From Candidatus Bathyarchaeia archaeon (GTDB lineage: Archaea > Thermoproteota > Bathyarchaeia > 40CM-2-53-6 > CALIRQ01), in contig JAWBRV010000003.1 in assembly GCA_038843675.1 (NCBI GenBank), positions 4,908 through 68,907 on the forward strand: a DNA stretch of 64,000 nt, given 5' to 3'. Positions 28,186-38,273 of the stretch are shown one piece after another. The notes beneath the pieces are model-generated. The model did not search any database, was not told the origin of the DNA, and worked only from the letters and a program-made list of their open reading frames with translations. The translations under genes were made by a program, and so were the position numbers. Each line of letters starts with the position of its first letter. Position 1 is the first letter of the stretch.

Positions 28186-29078
28186 GCGCTCGACCTCAAG
28201 GCCTCCGCTATCGCGTTGGCCACTGAGACCTTCTCGAATGGGTTCGGGAAGGAATCGGTTCCGACGATCTCCTCGGCCCCCGCCTCCAATAATCTCCTCC
28301 CAACGCCTTCGCCTAGGAGCGGATGGGTACAAGCCACGAAAATCCTATGGGGGCCCTCAGCCCTGATCGCGGCCATCGCCTTGAGCATGCTGCCCCCGGT
28401 GGAGATCATATCGTCGACGAGCACGACGTCCCTCCCGGAGAAGCGGGCCCCGGAAGGGGTTACAGAGACCTCGCCGGTTATGCGATCCCTCTCCTTCCTG
28501 AAATTGGATGCCTCGCATCCCAGAACGCCGGCGACCTCCTCTGCGTGGCGCTTGGCTCCTTCATCCGGTGAAACGACGATCGGGTCCCTTAACTCCTTCC
28601 CTAGGAAATACTTGCCTATGTCGAACATGGCCGTTATATTTTTTGCAGGGATCCCCGAGCGGGCGAGGGCCTCCTCGGAATGCACGTCTAGGACGAATAG
28701 CTTCCTAATGCCGGCGCACCTCATCAGCTTGCATACGGTTACAACGCTCACAGCCTCGCCGGCCCTGAACATCTTATCCTGCCTAGAATAGGCCAAATAG
28801 GGAACTACGGCCTCCACCCCCATCCCCGCATCCCTAGCGGCATCGGCCATCAGGAACAATTGCATCAAATGCCTATCTTGGGGGGGATGGGTCGATTGGA
28901 CTATGACGACCTCGGAGCCCTCGAAATCCCCCCAATCGATCCTTATATAGGATTCGCCATCCGGGAACGTTTTGAACTCCAAAGGTATGAGCCTCCAGCC
29001 CAGCGCGGAGGCTATCTTGGCCCCGAGCTCCGAGGAGGCGGGGCCCGCGATTATCCCCTTCAAGCCATCCACCGCCAT
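28182..29078 (-). CDS. prs: Ribose-phosphate pyrophosphokinase
   Basis: FPDGE, PYLAYSRQD, SPDEG and VDDMISTGG motifs. Start estimated. Confidence 0.95.
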   Translation of the reverse strand: MAVDGLKGIIAGPASSELGAKIASALGWRLIPLEFKTFPDGESYIRIDWGDFEGSEVVIVQSTHPPQDRHLMQLFLMADAARDAGMGVEAVVPYLAYSRQDKMFRAGEAVSVVTVCKLMRCAGIRKLFVLDVHSEEALARSGIPAKNITAMFDIGKYFLGKELRDPIVVSPDEGAKRHAEEVAGVLGCEASNFRKERDRITGEVSVTPSGARFSGRDVVLVDDMISTGGSMLKAMAAIRAEGPHRIFVACTHPLLGEGVGRRLLEAGAEEIVGTDSFPNPFEKVSVANAIAEALRSSA

Positions 29079-29131
29079 CCCCAATTTGGGCCGGGGGATA
29101 TATGGTTGTCTCGCCACATCGGCCCCCGGAT

Positions 29132-29809
29132 CTATTCGCGGGCGGATATGCGCTCGGACCTCGTGAATTGGACCCCCCTCTTGACCATTGAATCCAGCGC
29201 CTTGGATAGGTTGCCGGGTGGGGAATCGATGGCCCTCGTTAAATCGATTGGGATAACTACCTCGAATCCCGAATCCCTCCCATCGAGGGCTGAGAAATAG
29301 ACGCAATAATCTAGGGCCAGCCCGCAGAGGAAGATCCGCTTAACCCCCAATTCCCCAAGATAGCCAGATAGGCCCGTGCGCGTTTTCCTATCATTCTCCA
29401 AGAACGCCGAATAGCTGTCCACGGCTGGCCGGAACCCCTTCCTTATCACGGCTTTGGCGAGCTTCGCATTGAAGCCCGGGTGGAAATCCGCCCCTTGAGA
29501 GCCTTGGACGCAATGATCGGGCCAAAGGACTGGGCCTATCCCCCCCGCCTCATATCTCTCGAAGGGCCTTTTGCCGTGGCTGCTGGCGAACGATAGATGG
29601 CCCGGGGGGTGCCAATCCTGCGTCGCGACTATTGGATTGCCAAGGCGATGGAAAATTTCGGCCAAGGCATTTATGGGGGGGATTATCTCATCGCCGCCCT
29701 CGACCGGAAGCGCGCCGGATGGCATGAAATCGTTCTGCAAATCGATCACTATCAATGCATCCGCACCCCCCACCTCGACCTCGATTAACTCCAGCTCCTC
29801 CAGCCTCAT
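29132..29809 (-). CDS. pncA: Nicotinamidase/pyrazinamidase
   Basis: IDLQNDF, TQDWHP, WPDHC, DSYSAF and GLALDYCV motifs. Confidence 0.95.
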   Translation of the reverse strand: MRLEELELIEVEVGGADALIVIDLQNDFMPSGALPVEGGDEIIPPINALAEIFHRLGNPIVATQDWHPPGHLSFASSHGKRPFERYEAGGIGPVLWPDHCVQGSQGADFHPGFNAKLAKAVIRKGFRPAVDSYSAFLENDRKTRTGLSGYLGELGVKRIFLCGLALDYCVYFSALDGRDSGFEVVIPIDLTRAIDSPPGNLSKALDSMVKRGVQFTRSERISARE

Positions 29810-29990
29810 GAGCGGATCCCCTCATTATTACTAAGGCATTTGCCATCCTTGATCCGCCCCCAAGGCTTAAAAACATTCGAGGATGGCCTCGTGGGCTCCT
29901 CGTCGCTAAACCGCTCGGGATCGATTGTTGCCGATCCCCGCAGTCGATCCCCCAACTTTTTAAGGACATGCGCCGAAGGCCCATCTCGCG

Positions 29991-30461
29991 ATGTCCGAGC
30001 CTGTAAGGGTACGCGAGATCATGGCCGGGGATCCGCTGACATGCTCCCCGAGCGATCGATTGGATGACGCCGTTGAAAAGATGAACCGCCTCAGGGTCGG
30101 CTCGATCATAGCCGTGGAGGGGGGGCGGCCCGTGGGGATAGTTACGGAGAGGGATATACTGGTCAAGGTCGTAGCCAAGGGGAGGTTGGCGAGGGACCTG
30201 AGGGTTCATGAGATAATGAGCGCTCCGGTTCGAACGATCCTTGAGGATGCGCCGGTGGAGGAGGCCGCAAAGAGGATGGTGGATTGGGGCATCAAGAGGC
30301 TTGTGGTCCTCAGTGGATCATCGCTCGTGGGCATAATAACGGCCACCGATATAATGAGGGCGGTGGCGGCCGGGAAATTGGCGCGCGAGGTCTACCTATA
30401 CCTGTCGGATATATTTAAGGGCCCCCATCTATCTGGGCTGATCGGGCAGAAGGGGTGTTGA
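29991..30461 (+). CDS. CBS-domain pair protein
   Basis: Two CBS repeats (GIVTERD, GIITATD). Confidence 0.9.
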   Translation: MSEPVRVREIMAGDPLTCSPSDRLDDAVEKMNRLRVGSIIAVEGGRPVGIVTERDILVKVVAKGRLARDLRVHEIMSAPVRTILEDAPVEEAAKRMVDWGIKRLVVLSGSSLVGIITATDIMRAVAAGKLAREVYLYLSDIFKGPHLSGLIGQKGC

Positions 30462-30471
30462 GTTGCGGATA

Positions 30472-30540
30472 AGTTGCTCAGGAACCCGGTTTCTCAATCA
30501 TCCGGAACACTTCAGCCCTAGCCTGTTCCTCATCGCAACC
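30472..30540 (-). ncRNA. Box C/D methylation guide sRNA
   Basis: GTTGC stem, C box ATGAGGA, guide, D' CTGA, C' ATGATTG, guide, D CTGA, GCAAC stem; TTTTATAT about 25 nt upstream. Confidence 0.75.
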
Positions 30541-30597
30541 CAAAGCCCTTTGCAGGAGATGAGAATATAAAACCTTTAGTGATGGAGGGATCCGGGC

Positions 30598-31359
30598 TTG
30601 TACGCCGTATTCCTCATCGGCATGGCCGGCTCCGGCAAATCGGCCTTGACGTCCGAGCTCCTGAACTGGGCTAGGTTGAAGGATCAGGACGTGATCTCGC
30701 TCAACTTGGATCCCGGGGTTAGATCCCTCCCCTACAATCCGGATGTGGACATAAGGTCCTACGTGAGCGTCGAGGGCCTCATGGAGGAGTACGGCTTGGG
30801 CCCGAACGGGGCCCTCCTCATGGCGGCGGATCTTATGGGGGATTACCTAGAGGAGTTGAGGGATGAGGTCGAATCCACCGGCGCGGATTTGGTCTTGGTG
30901 GATACCCCGGGGCAGATAGAGCTCTTCGCCTTCCGGGAGAGCGGGAAGTTCATAGCCGCCGAGTTCACCGATGATCCGAAGGCCGTGGTCTACCTCTTCG
31001 ATGGGCCGTTCTCCAAGAACCCGCTGAACTACATCTCGAATATGTATATGTCGATGGCCGTTTATGAGAGGCTGATGCTCCCGCAGATCTACGTCCTCAG
31101 CAAGGCCGACCTCCTATCGGAGGAGGAGCTCGGGACGGTTATGGGATGGTCGGAGGATATCGAGAACTTGGAGGATGCCCTCAGGGGGGCCTCCGAGGGG
31201 ACCGCCTACCTAATATCCAAGGATCTAGCTAGGGCGATCAGCGGGATAGGGATAGATTTCCATCCCCTGCCCGTATCCTCGAAGAAGGCCATTGGGCTCA
31301 CGGAGCTTTACGCCGAGATCACGAGGGCCCTCAGGGGGGGCGAGGAGCTGGATCCCTGA
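30598..31359 (+). CDS. GPN-loop GTPase
   Basis: GMAGSGKS, NLDPG, GLGPNG, DTPGQIE and SKAD motifs. Confidence 0.95.
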   Translation: MYAVFLIGMAGSGKSALTSELLNWARLKDQDVISLNLDPGVRSLPYNPDVDIRSYVSVEGLMEEYGLGPNGALLMAADLMGDYLEELRDEVESTGADLVLVDTPGQIELFAFRESGKFIAAEFTDDPKAVVYLFDGPFSKNPLNYISNMYMSMAVYERLMLPQIYVLSKADLLSEEELGTVMGWSEDIENLEDALRGASEGTAYLISKDLARAISGIGIDFHPLPVSSKKAIGLTELYAEITRALRGGEELDP

Positions 31360-31423
31360 GGGGATCGGGCCACCATAAGCGATTTATTAATATCGCCGAT
31401 GAGATGCGCTTGGGTAATCGCGG

Positions 31424-32119
31424 ATGGGCGCGAGGGCCGAGAGGATAATCAAGAAAGCGCTCTCCGAGGGCAGGAAGAACCTGACGGGCCTTGAGGCCAA
31501 GGAGATATGCAAGGATTACAAAATACCGGTGCCCAACTATCGCTTGGCGAGGAGCGAAAGGGAGGCCGTGGAGTTCGCCAAGAGGATGGGGTTTCCCGTG
31601 GTCCTCGAGGTGGTTTCCGCGGACATCCTCCACAAGACCGACGTTGGGGGGATCTGCTTGAACCTAAAGGGCCCATCGGAGGTGAGGGCCCATTATCGAA
31701 TGATCCTGAAGAACGTCAAGAGGAAGAGGCCCGATGCGAAGATCGATGGGGTCATGGTGAGGAAGATGGCGCCGAGCGGCATAGAGGTCATAGTCGGCGG
31801 GATCAAGGATCCCCAATTCGGGCAAACCATAATGTTCGGCTTAGGGGGGATATTCGTGGAGGTCTTCAAGGACGTTACCTTCAGAGTGGCTCCGGTGTCG
31901 CAAGGGGAGGCCGAGGAGATGCTGAGGGAGATAAGGGGATATGAAATCCTCAAGGGCTATAGGGGGATGCCGAAGGCCGATGAGCGCGCCTTGGTCGATA
32001 TAATCCAGAAGACATCGGGATTGCTGATGGACTTCCCGGAGATATCCCAGATGGATCTTAACCCGATAATGGCCTATGAGAGGGGCGCGATGGTAGTGGA
32101 CGCCAAGATAGTGCTTTAA
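31424..32119 (+). CDS. acdB: ADP-forming acyl-CoA synthetase beta subunit (ATP-grasp)
   Basis: HKTDVGG, DPQFG, FGLGGIFVE and DLNP motifs. Confidence 0.9.
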   Translation: MGARAERIIKKALSEGRKNLTGLEAKEICKDYKIPVPNYRLARSEREAVEFAKRMGFPVVLEVVSADILHKTDVGGICLNLKGPSEVRAHYRMILKNVKRKRPDAKIDGVMVRKMAPSGIEVIVGGIKDPQFGQTIMFGLGGIFVEVFKDVTFRVAPVSQGEAEEMLREIRGYEILKGYRGMPKADERALVDIIQKTSGLLMDFPEISQMDLNPIMAYERGAMVVDAKIVL

Positions 32120-32133
32120 GGCCATAAGGCCCT

Positions 32134-32964
32134 TTGGTGGGATCGCGGTTGGCCGATCCTTGGGATAGGGCGGAGGAGATCAGCAGGGCCATATGGGAAT
32201 TGAAGGAGAGGGCCAAGGAGCTCAAGGCGAGGAGGGACTCCTATAATTCCGATGCGAAGCTGATCTTGGAAAGAAGGGAGGGGTTGAGCCTAAAGCTTAG
32301 GGAGATAATCAGGGAAATCCGTTCCAATAAGAGCGCGAGGGATGAGCTCAACAAAAGCCTCAAGGAGCTTAGGGCGCAAGAGTTGGAGCTGAAGCGCAAG
32401 GTCTCGGCGGCCATGAAGGCAATGGGGAGGAGCTCGAAGCTTGATGAGGCGGGCTTGGAGGAGGAGATCCGCAGGCTGGATTGGGTGATCCAGACCTCAT
32501 CCCTTCCGATCGAGAGGGAGAAGGAACTCGTGGAGCGGGTGAGAAGGCTGGAATCGGAGCTGGCCGAGGTGAGGCGGCAAATATCGTTTAGGAAGGACTT
32601 GGAGGAGATGCGGAGGAGGATCGAGGGCTTGCGGTCGGAAATAGCGGAGAAAGAGAAAGAGAGGGATGAGTTCCATGCGAGGGTCGTCTCGCTCGCGAAG
32701 GCCGCCGATTCACTCAGGGGGGAGATCAGGGAGGCGGAGAGCAGATACGTGGAGGTTAAAGGGGCGGCGGATGCGACCCATAGGGAGTATTTGGGGTGCT
32801 TGGAGAGGATAAAGGAGCTAAGAGCGGAGATCAAGGCCATGGAGGAGGAGAGGGTTAGGAGAAGGATGGAGGAACTGGAGAGGGCGGCCTCCGAGAAATT
32901 TAAAAATAGGAGGAAACTCTCCTTCGAGGAGTTCAAGATTTTGATGGAGAAGAAGACAATTTAG
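32134..32964 (+). CDS. Archaeal coiled-coil protein (COG1340-like)
   Basis: Long heptad pattern; L.W..QT..L..E.EKE; C-terminal KLSFEE. Confidence 0.8.
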   Translation: MVGSRLADPWDRAEEISRAIWELKERAKELKARRDSYNSDAKLILERREGLSLKLREIIREIRSNKSARDELNKSLKELRAQELELKRKVSAAMKAMGRSSKLDEAGLEEEIRRLDWVIQTSSLPIEREKELVERVRRLESELAEVRRQISFRKDLEEMRRRIEGLRSEIAEKEKERDEFHARVVSLAKAADSLRGEIREAESRYVEVKGAADATHREYLGCLERIKELRAEIKAMEEERVRRRMEELERAASEKFKNRRKLSFEEFKILMEKKTI

Positions 32965-33010
32965 GTTTATTATCGACCGGGCCCAATCGGGATCGCGGTC
33001 CGAAGCGGAT

Positions 33011-33796
33011 TTGGGAGTTGGGAACGATCGGGTCAGGATAGCCATAATCGGCGGCACGGGCTTCGAGAGGATATTGGAAACGGGGGAGTCCGTGCTTATC
33101 GGGACGCCCTTCGGCATACCGCCTCGGATAATCTTGGGCGAGATCGGCGGGAGGAGGGTGGCGTTCCTGCCGCGCCACGGCCTCGAGCATAGCATCCCTC
33201 CGCATAGGATCAATTATAGGGCCAATATTTGGGCCCTCAAGTCCATGGGCATTGAGCGCATAATTTCCACGAACGCCGTTGGGGCGATCAACCCGGATTA
33301 CAGGCCCGGCGATATAGCGATCCCGGCCGACTTGATGGATTTCACAAAATGCAGGAGATCGACTTTCTTTGACGCGGCCCCCGTTACCCATATAGATGTC
33401 AGCACGCCCTTCTGCCCGGAGATAGCTAGCCTCTTGCTCGAGGAGTCTAAGAAGCATGCGCCCGTCGTCCGGAGCGGATCCGTAATGGCCGTGACCGAGG
33501 GGCCTAGGTTTGAGACCCCGGCGGAGATAAGGATGCTGAGGGCTTTGGGGGCCGATCTCGTAGGCATGACGGCCTCCCCCGAGGCGTTCTTGGCGAGGGA
33601 GCTCGGCATATGCTATTGCCCCCTTTGCTTCGTTTCGAATATGGCGGCCGGCATGCAAGAGAGGGTGACCGCCAAGGAGGTGCTGGAGGTGGCCGAAAGG
33701 CTTTATCCGATCATCGATGCAATCCTCAAGGGGGTCATAGCCTCGATCCCTTTGGAGAGGAAGTGCAATTGCATGGCCCCGGCCGGGGGGCCATAG
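33011..33796 (+). CDS. mtnP: Methylthioadenosine/purine nucleoside phosphorylase (MTAP family)
   Basis: IIGGTG, PRHG..H..PPH..NYRAN, EGPRFET and VGMT motifs. Confidence 0.9.
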   Translation: MGVGNDRVRIAIIGGTGFERILETGESVLIGTPFGIPPRIILGEIGGRRVAFLPRHGLEHSIPPHRINYRANIWALKSMGIERIISTNAVGAINPDYRPGDIAIPADLMDFTKCRRSTFFDAAPVTHIDVSTPFCPEIASLLLEESKKHAPVVRSGSVMAVTEGPRFETPAEIRMLRALGADLVGMTASPEAFLARELGICYCPLCFVSNMAAGMQERVTAKEVLEVAERLYPIIDAILKGVIASIPLERKCNCMAPAGGP

Positions 33797-33799
33797 GGC

Positions 33800-34594
33800 T
33801 TGGCTGGGATATCGTTAAGGAGGATATTGGAGCTCACGGGCGTCTATAAACTCTACGAGAAGAAGCTACTGAGCGAGATCAAGGGGAAGGGGATGCCAGA
33901 GCATATAGCGGTCATATTGGATGGGAACAGGAGGTGGGCCTCGGAGCGGATGTTGCCAACGACCGAGGGCCATAACCACGGCGCCAAAACACTCGAGGAG
34001 TTCCTGCGGTGGTGCTTGGAGCTCGGGATAAAGATAGTAACCGTATACATACTCTCTACGGAGAATCTGGGGAGGAGCAAGGAGGAGATCGAGAACATAT
34101 TCCGGGTGATGGAGGAGAAGCTGAGGGCGATTATCTCCAATCCAGAGATCCATAGGAACGGAGTTAGGGTGAAGGTGCTCGGGAGGCTCTCCCTATTGCC
34201 CGAAAACCTGAGGGCTTTGTTGAGCGAGTTGGAGGATGCCACGAAGGGCTATAGCAATTGCTACTTCAACCTAGCCGTGGCTTACGGGGGGAGAATGGAG
34301 ATATTGGATGCGGCGAGGAAGATCGCGGAGATGGTCAAGGAGGGGAAGATAGAACCGAGCGAGATAGATGAGGATCTCTTCATGAGGAACCTCTACACCG
34401 CTCACCTGCCGAAGCCCGAACCGGACCTCATCATAAGGACCTCCGGGGAGGAGCGCTTGAGCGGGTTCCTGATATGGCAATCGGCGTATAGCGAGCTTTG
34501 CTTCTTGGATATATATTGGCCCGATTTCAGGAAGATCGACTTGCTGAGGGCCATAAGGATCTATCAAAGGAGATCTAGGAGGTTCGGGAGGTGA
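33800..34594 (+). CDS. uppS: cis-prenyltransferase (undecaprenyl diphosphate synthase)
   Basis: DGNRRWA, STEN..R, YGGR, IRTSGE.RLS.F and RRFG motifs. Confidence 0.95.
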   Translation: MAGISLRRILELTGVYKLYEKKLLSEIKGKGMPEHIAVILDGNRRWASERMLPTTEGHNHGAKTLEEFLRWCLELGIKIVTVYILSTENLGRSKEEIENIFRVMEEKLRAIISNPEIHRNGVRVKVLGRLSLLPENLRALLSELEDATKGYSNCYFNLAVAYGGRMEILDAARKIAEMVKEGKIEPSEIDEDLFMRNLYTAHLPKPEPDLIIRTSGEERLSGFLIWQSAYSELCFLDIYWPDFRKIDLLRAIRIYQRRSRRFGR

Positions 34595-34631
34595 GCCAAC
34601 GACTGGCATTGAGGTCCGGGTGATTTTCTAA

Positions 34632-37600
34632 ATGGTCCATATAAAAAGGATCACGATCAAGGGCTTCAAGACGTTCGGCAAGAAGACCACGATATCGCTG
34701 GAGAAGGGGCTCACGATAATCACGGGGCCGAACGGCTCCGGGAAGAGCAACATAATGGATTCGATAAAGTTCGCCTTGGGGGAGTTGAGCCCAAGGGAGC
34801 TGAGGGGCGCCACTATATCCGATGTTATACATAAGAGCCAGAGGGCCTCCGCCGGATCCGCTTACGTCTCATTACAATTCGAAAACCTCGATAGGAGAAT
34901 ACCAGTTGATTCCGATATAGTAACGATCTCTAGGGAGTACAGCGGAGGAGGGGAAGGGGTCTATAGGCTGAACGGAAGGAAGATCTCGAGGAAGTACCTA
35001 ATGGATCTGCTATCATCCGCGAATATAATGGCGACCGGTCATAACATGATCCCCCAACATAGCGTCACGAGGATAGCCGAGTTATCCCCTGAGGAACGTA
35101 TGAAGATCATAGCGGATATCGTCGGCATAGGAGTTTACGATGAGAAGAAGAAGGAGGCGGAGGTCCACCTGCAGAAGGCGGAGATAAACATAAGGATCGC
35201 GTCCGCCAAGGTGGCGGAGGTCAGGCAGAGGGTAGAATCCCTGGAGAGGGAGAGGAACGATTACATTAGGCATTCCTTCATAAAGGGCGAGGTTTCAAGG
35301 CTCAAGGCCATGCTAGCCTCCTCCGAGATTAACGGGATCGAGAGCGAGATCCGGCCATTGGAGCTTGAATTGGCCGAGCTCAATAGGAAGCTGAGCGAGC
35401 TGAGGGCGAGGAGAGCCGAATTGGCCTCTAGGAAATCCGGGATCGAGGCGAAGAGGAGGGCCTTGGATGAGCTCTCGGTGAATGGTAACGAAAACCTCTT
35501 CCGGCTGGAGAGGGAGATCTCGGACCTCGGCAACTCCATATCCGCTCTCTCCGCGGAGATCGGCGTAAATGCTTCGAGGATCCGGGGGATGGAGGAGGAG
35601 ATAAAATCATTGGAGGCCAAGCGGGCATCCCTCCTAGGTTCGATCCAAGGGCTCGCTGGGCGATATCGGGACCTCCTCGCCAAGAGGAGGAAATTGGGAT
35701 CCAAGATCGAGGGCCTCCTGTCGGAGTTGCTGGCCTTGAATGAGGAGGCGAAGGCCATGGAGGAAGGCATGGGCAGGGATGAGGGCCTCCTTAAGGAACT
35801 CGGGGAGAGGAGGAGGTCCTTGGAAGTGAAGCTGGCCAACTTGGACTCCAAGATCGAGGGCGCCATGAGAGAGCTCGACTCCATTGGGAGGAGGCTCTCC
35901 TCGCTAGATGATAGGAAAAGGGCCCTCGAATCCATGAAGGCCTCCCTATTGGCCAGCCGCGAAAGGGCATCGGGATTGGCCGAGGCGTTAGAACTTGAGA
36001 TGGGGGGGATCCGAGAGGGGCTCATGAGGATGAAGAGGGAGATTGAGAGGATCGAGGCGGAGGTGGGCAGGGCCGAGGAGGTCCTAGACGAGGCTAAGGT
36101 GGCGCTGGCGGAGTTAAGCGCTAAATTCCAACGCAAGCTCGGCTCATCGGCCATCCGGGGTATCGAGGAATTGGCCCGCTTGGGCCTGCTGGATGGCTTC
36201 TTGGGGAAGCTGTCGGATCTCATCGAATATGGCGATGAATACGGGAAGGCCATTGAGGCCGCCTCCGATGGTTGGTTGGATGCCATAGTGGTTAGTGATT
36301 TGGGGGCCGCCGTGGCATGCATCGAGAAATCGCGGCGCTATGGGATCGGCGGGATGAAGCTGATACCTCTGCGGAACTTGGCCACGAGAGGAAATTCTCT
36401 CCCAAGGCTCCCGGGGTTCATCCAACCTTTATCGGAGCTGATAAAATGCGATGAGGCCCTAAGGCCGGCCGTCGAGTTCGTCTTCGGGGATACAGTGCTG
36501 ATAAATTCCAAGGCCGCGGCCGCCTATTGCTATTCGAAGGGGATAAGGGCCGTTACGAAGAATGGGAGCCTCTACGAGCCCGGCGGCGGCCTCTCGAGCG
36601 GATTGGATGGGGGTACGAGGCCCGGATCCTCGACCGAGGCCTTGAGGATGGAGAGGGAGCTGAGGCATCGCCTCGAGGGGCTTGAGAGGGCCATCGGGAT
36701 GAGTAGGAGGAGAAGAGACGCGTTGGCCAAGGCGATGGAGGAGATATTGGAGCGAAAATCCATGATTGAAGCCTCCTTGAAGTCCTCCCAGAGGGAATTG
36801 GAGGGGATCAATGCCGGTATCGGCCGCATAGAATTGGCTTTGAGGGCGATCGAGAAGGAGATGGGGGACTTGAGGATCGCAAAGGCGAACCTCGAGGCTA
36901 GGCTTGGGGAACTATCGAGGGAGAGGGAAACAGCATTGGAGGAGCTCGAAAGGGTGAGGGGGGAGATGGCTAGGATCGACGATCCAATCCGCCGCCGGAC
37001 CATGCTCGAATTGAGGGCGAGGATTGAGGGGATCTCAAGGGAACTGGAGCTTGCAAAGGGGGAATGCGCAAAGGTGGAGAGGGAGATGATGGACTTGGAG
37101 TACTCCATCAAGGGTAGCGCTAAGGAGATGGCGGAGGCCTCGAGGAGGATGGGCTCATTAAGAGCGGAGATATTGGGCATCGGATCCGAAATCGAAAGGA
37201 TCAAGGAAAGGAAGGGGGCTCTCCAAGGGGAGCTCGATGCCCTTAGGGCCAAGAGGATCGAATTGATAAAATCCATGGAATCGATCGCCTCCGAAAGGCG
37301 GGCTTTGGAGATCGAGCTCGGCGATCTGGAAGGGGAGATATCGAATATCTCCGAATCGATGGAGAAGATCGAAGGATCCATCAGGGAGCTGGATAGGAGC
37401 ATTCAGGAGAGGAGGAATAGGATCGAGTTGCTCCGGATTCGATTGAGGGACCTCGGATACGATTCACCCTTGGCCATCGAGGGGTCGGATGTGCAAGCCC
37501 TCCAAATGGAGATGGAGGCACTTGAAGCGGAGCTTGAGCGGATCGGGTTGGTGAACCAGTTGGCCATAATCCATTATGAGGAACAGAAGAACAATTACAA

Positions 37601-38141
37601 GCAACTCTCCACCAAGATAGCGGAGCTGGAGATGGAGAAAGCCTCCATATTGAGATTCATGGCGGAGCTTGAGGAGAAGAAGCTCGCCACATTCCTCTCG
37701 GCCTTCGAGAAGATATCGCAAAACTTCCAAGAGATATTCCGGAGGATGACAGGCGGGGAGGGGAGGCTAATCTTGGAGAACCCGGAGAACCCCTTTGAGG
37801 GCGGGGTGGATATATCGGCCAAGTTCCCGGGCAAGGCCGAGCTCTCGATAGGGAGCGCCAGCGGCGGGGAGAAATCCGTCGCCACGGTTTGCTTCATCCT
37901 AGCGTTGCAGGCCTTCCGCCCGGTGCCCTTTTACGCCTTCGATGAAATAGATGCGCATCTGGACCCATTAAATTCGCAAAAACTTGCCGAAATATTGAAG
38001 GAGCGCTCCAAGGATTCTCAATTCATAGTTATAACCCTCAGGGACTCAATGATATCCGCCGGGGATAAGGTCTATGGGGTATATCTGAAGGATGGCGTAT
38101 CGAATGTGGTTTGCTTGCCCAAGATCGATGGCGGCGGCTAG
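34632..38141 (+). CDS. smc: Chromosome segregation protein Smc
   Basis: GPNGSGKSN, long coiled coils with central hinge, SGGEKS, FDEIDAHLD. Confidence 0.95.
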   Translation: MVHIKRITIKGFKTFGKKTTISLEKGLTIITGPNGSGKSNIMDSIKFALGELSPRELRGATISDVIHKSQRASAGSAYVSLQFENLDRRIPVDSDIVTISREYSGGGEGVYRLNGRKISRKYLMDLLSSANIMATGHNMIPQHSVTRIAELSPEERMKIIADIVGIGVYDEKKKEAEVHLQKAEINIRIASAKVAEVRQRVESLERERNDYIRHSFIKGEVSRLKAMLASSEINGIESEIRPLELELAELNRKLSELRARRAELASRKSGIEAKRRALDELSVNGNENLFRLEREISDLGNSISALSAEIGVNASRIRGMEEEIKSLEAKRASLLGSIQGLAGRYRDLLAKRRKLGSKIEGLLSELLALNEEAKAMEEGMGRDEGLLKELGERRRSLEVKLANLDSKIEGAMRELDSIGRRLSSLDDRKRALESMKASLLASRERASGLAEALELEMGGIREGLMRMKREIERIEAEVGRAEEVLDEAKVALAELSAKFQRKLGSSAIRGIEELARLGLLDGFLGKLSDLIEYGDEYGKAIEAASDGWLDAIVVSDLGAAVACIEKSRRYGIGGMKLIPLRNLATRGNSLPRLPGFIQPLSELIKCDEALRPAVEFVFGDTVLINSKAAAAYCYSKGIRAVTKNGSLYEPGGGLSSGLDGGTRPGSSTEALRMERELRHRLEGLERAIGMSRRRRDALAKAMEEILERKSMIEASLKSSQRELEGINAGIGRIELALRAIEKEMGDLRIAKANLEARLGELSRERETALEELERVRGEMARIDDPIRRRTMLELRARIEGISRELELAKGECAKVEREMMDLEYSIKGSAKEMAEASRRMGSLRAEILGIGSEIERIKERKGALQGELDALRAKRIELIKSMESIASERRALEIELGDLEGEISNISESMEKIEGSIRELDRSIQERRNRIELLRIRLRDLGYDSPLAIEGSDVQALQMEMEALEAELERIGLVNQLAIIHYEEQKNNYKQLSTKIAELEMEKASILRFMAELEEKKLATFLSAFEKISQNFQEIFRRMTGGEGRLILENPENPFEGGVDISAKFPGKAELSIGSASGGEKSVATVCFILALQAFRPVPFYAFDEIDAHLDPLNSQKLAEILKERSKDSQFIVITLRDSMISAGDKVYGVYLKDGVSNVVCLPKIDGGG

Positions 38142-38273
38142 CGCCCCATGATCTAACCGGCGAAGACCGGGAGCGAATTTACCAACGCATCCCGCCCGGT
38201 CATCGGAAAGGCTGAAATATTTGCCCTCGGGACAAGAGCATCGCCTGGGCCAATCCGCGGACGGTGGGAAAAG

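Noticed and set aside
35261..37402. Long antisense ORFs inside smc (also inside trm11, rnz and lhr)
   Set aside because: Ser/Leu-rich mirror frames expected from codon bias in GC-rich genes.
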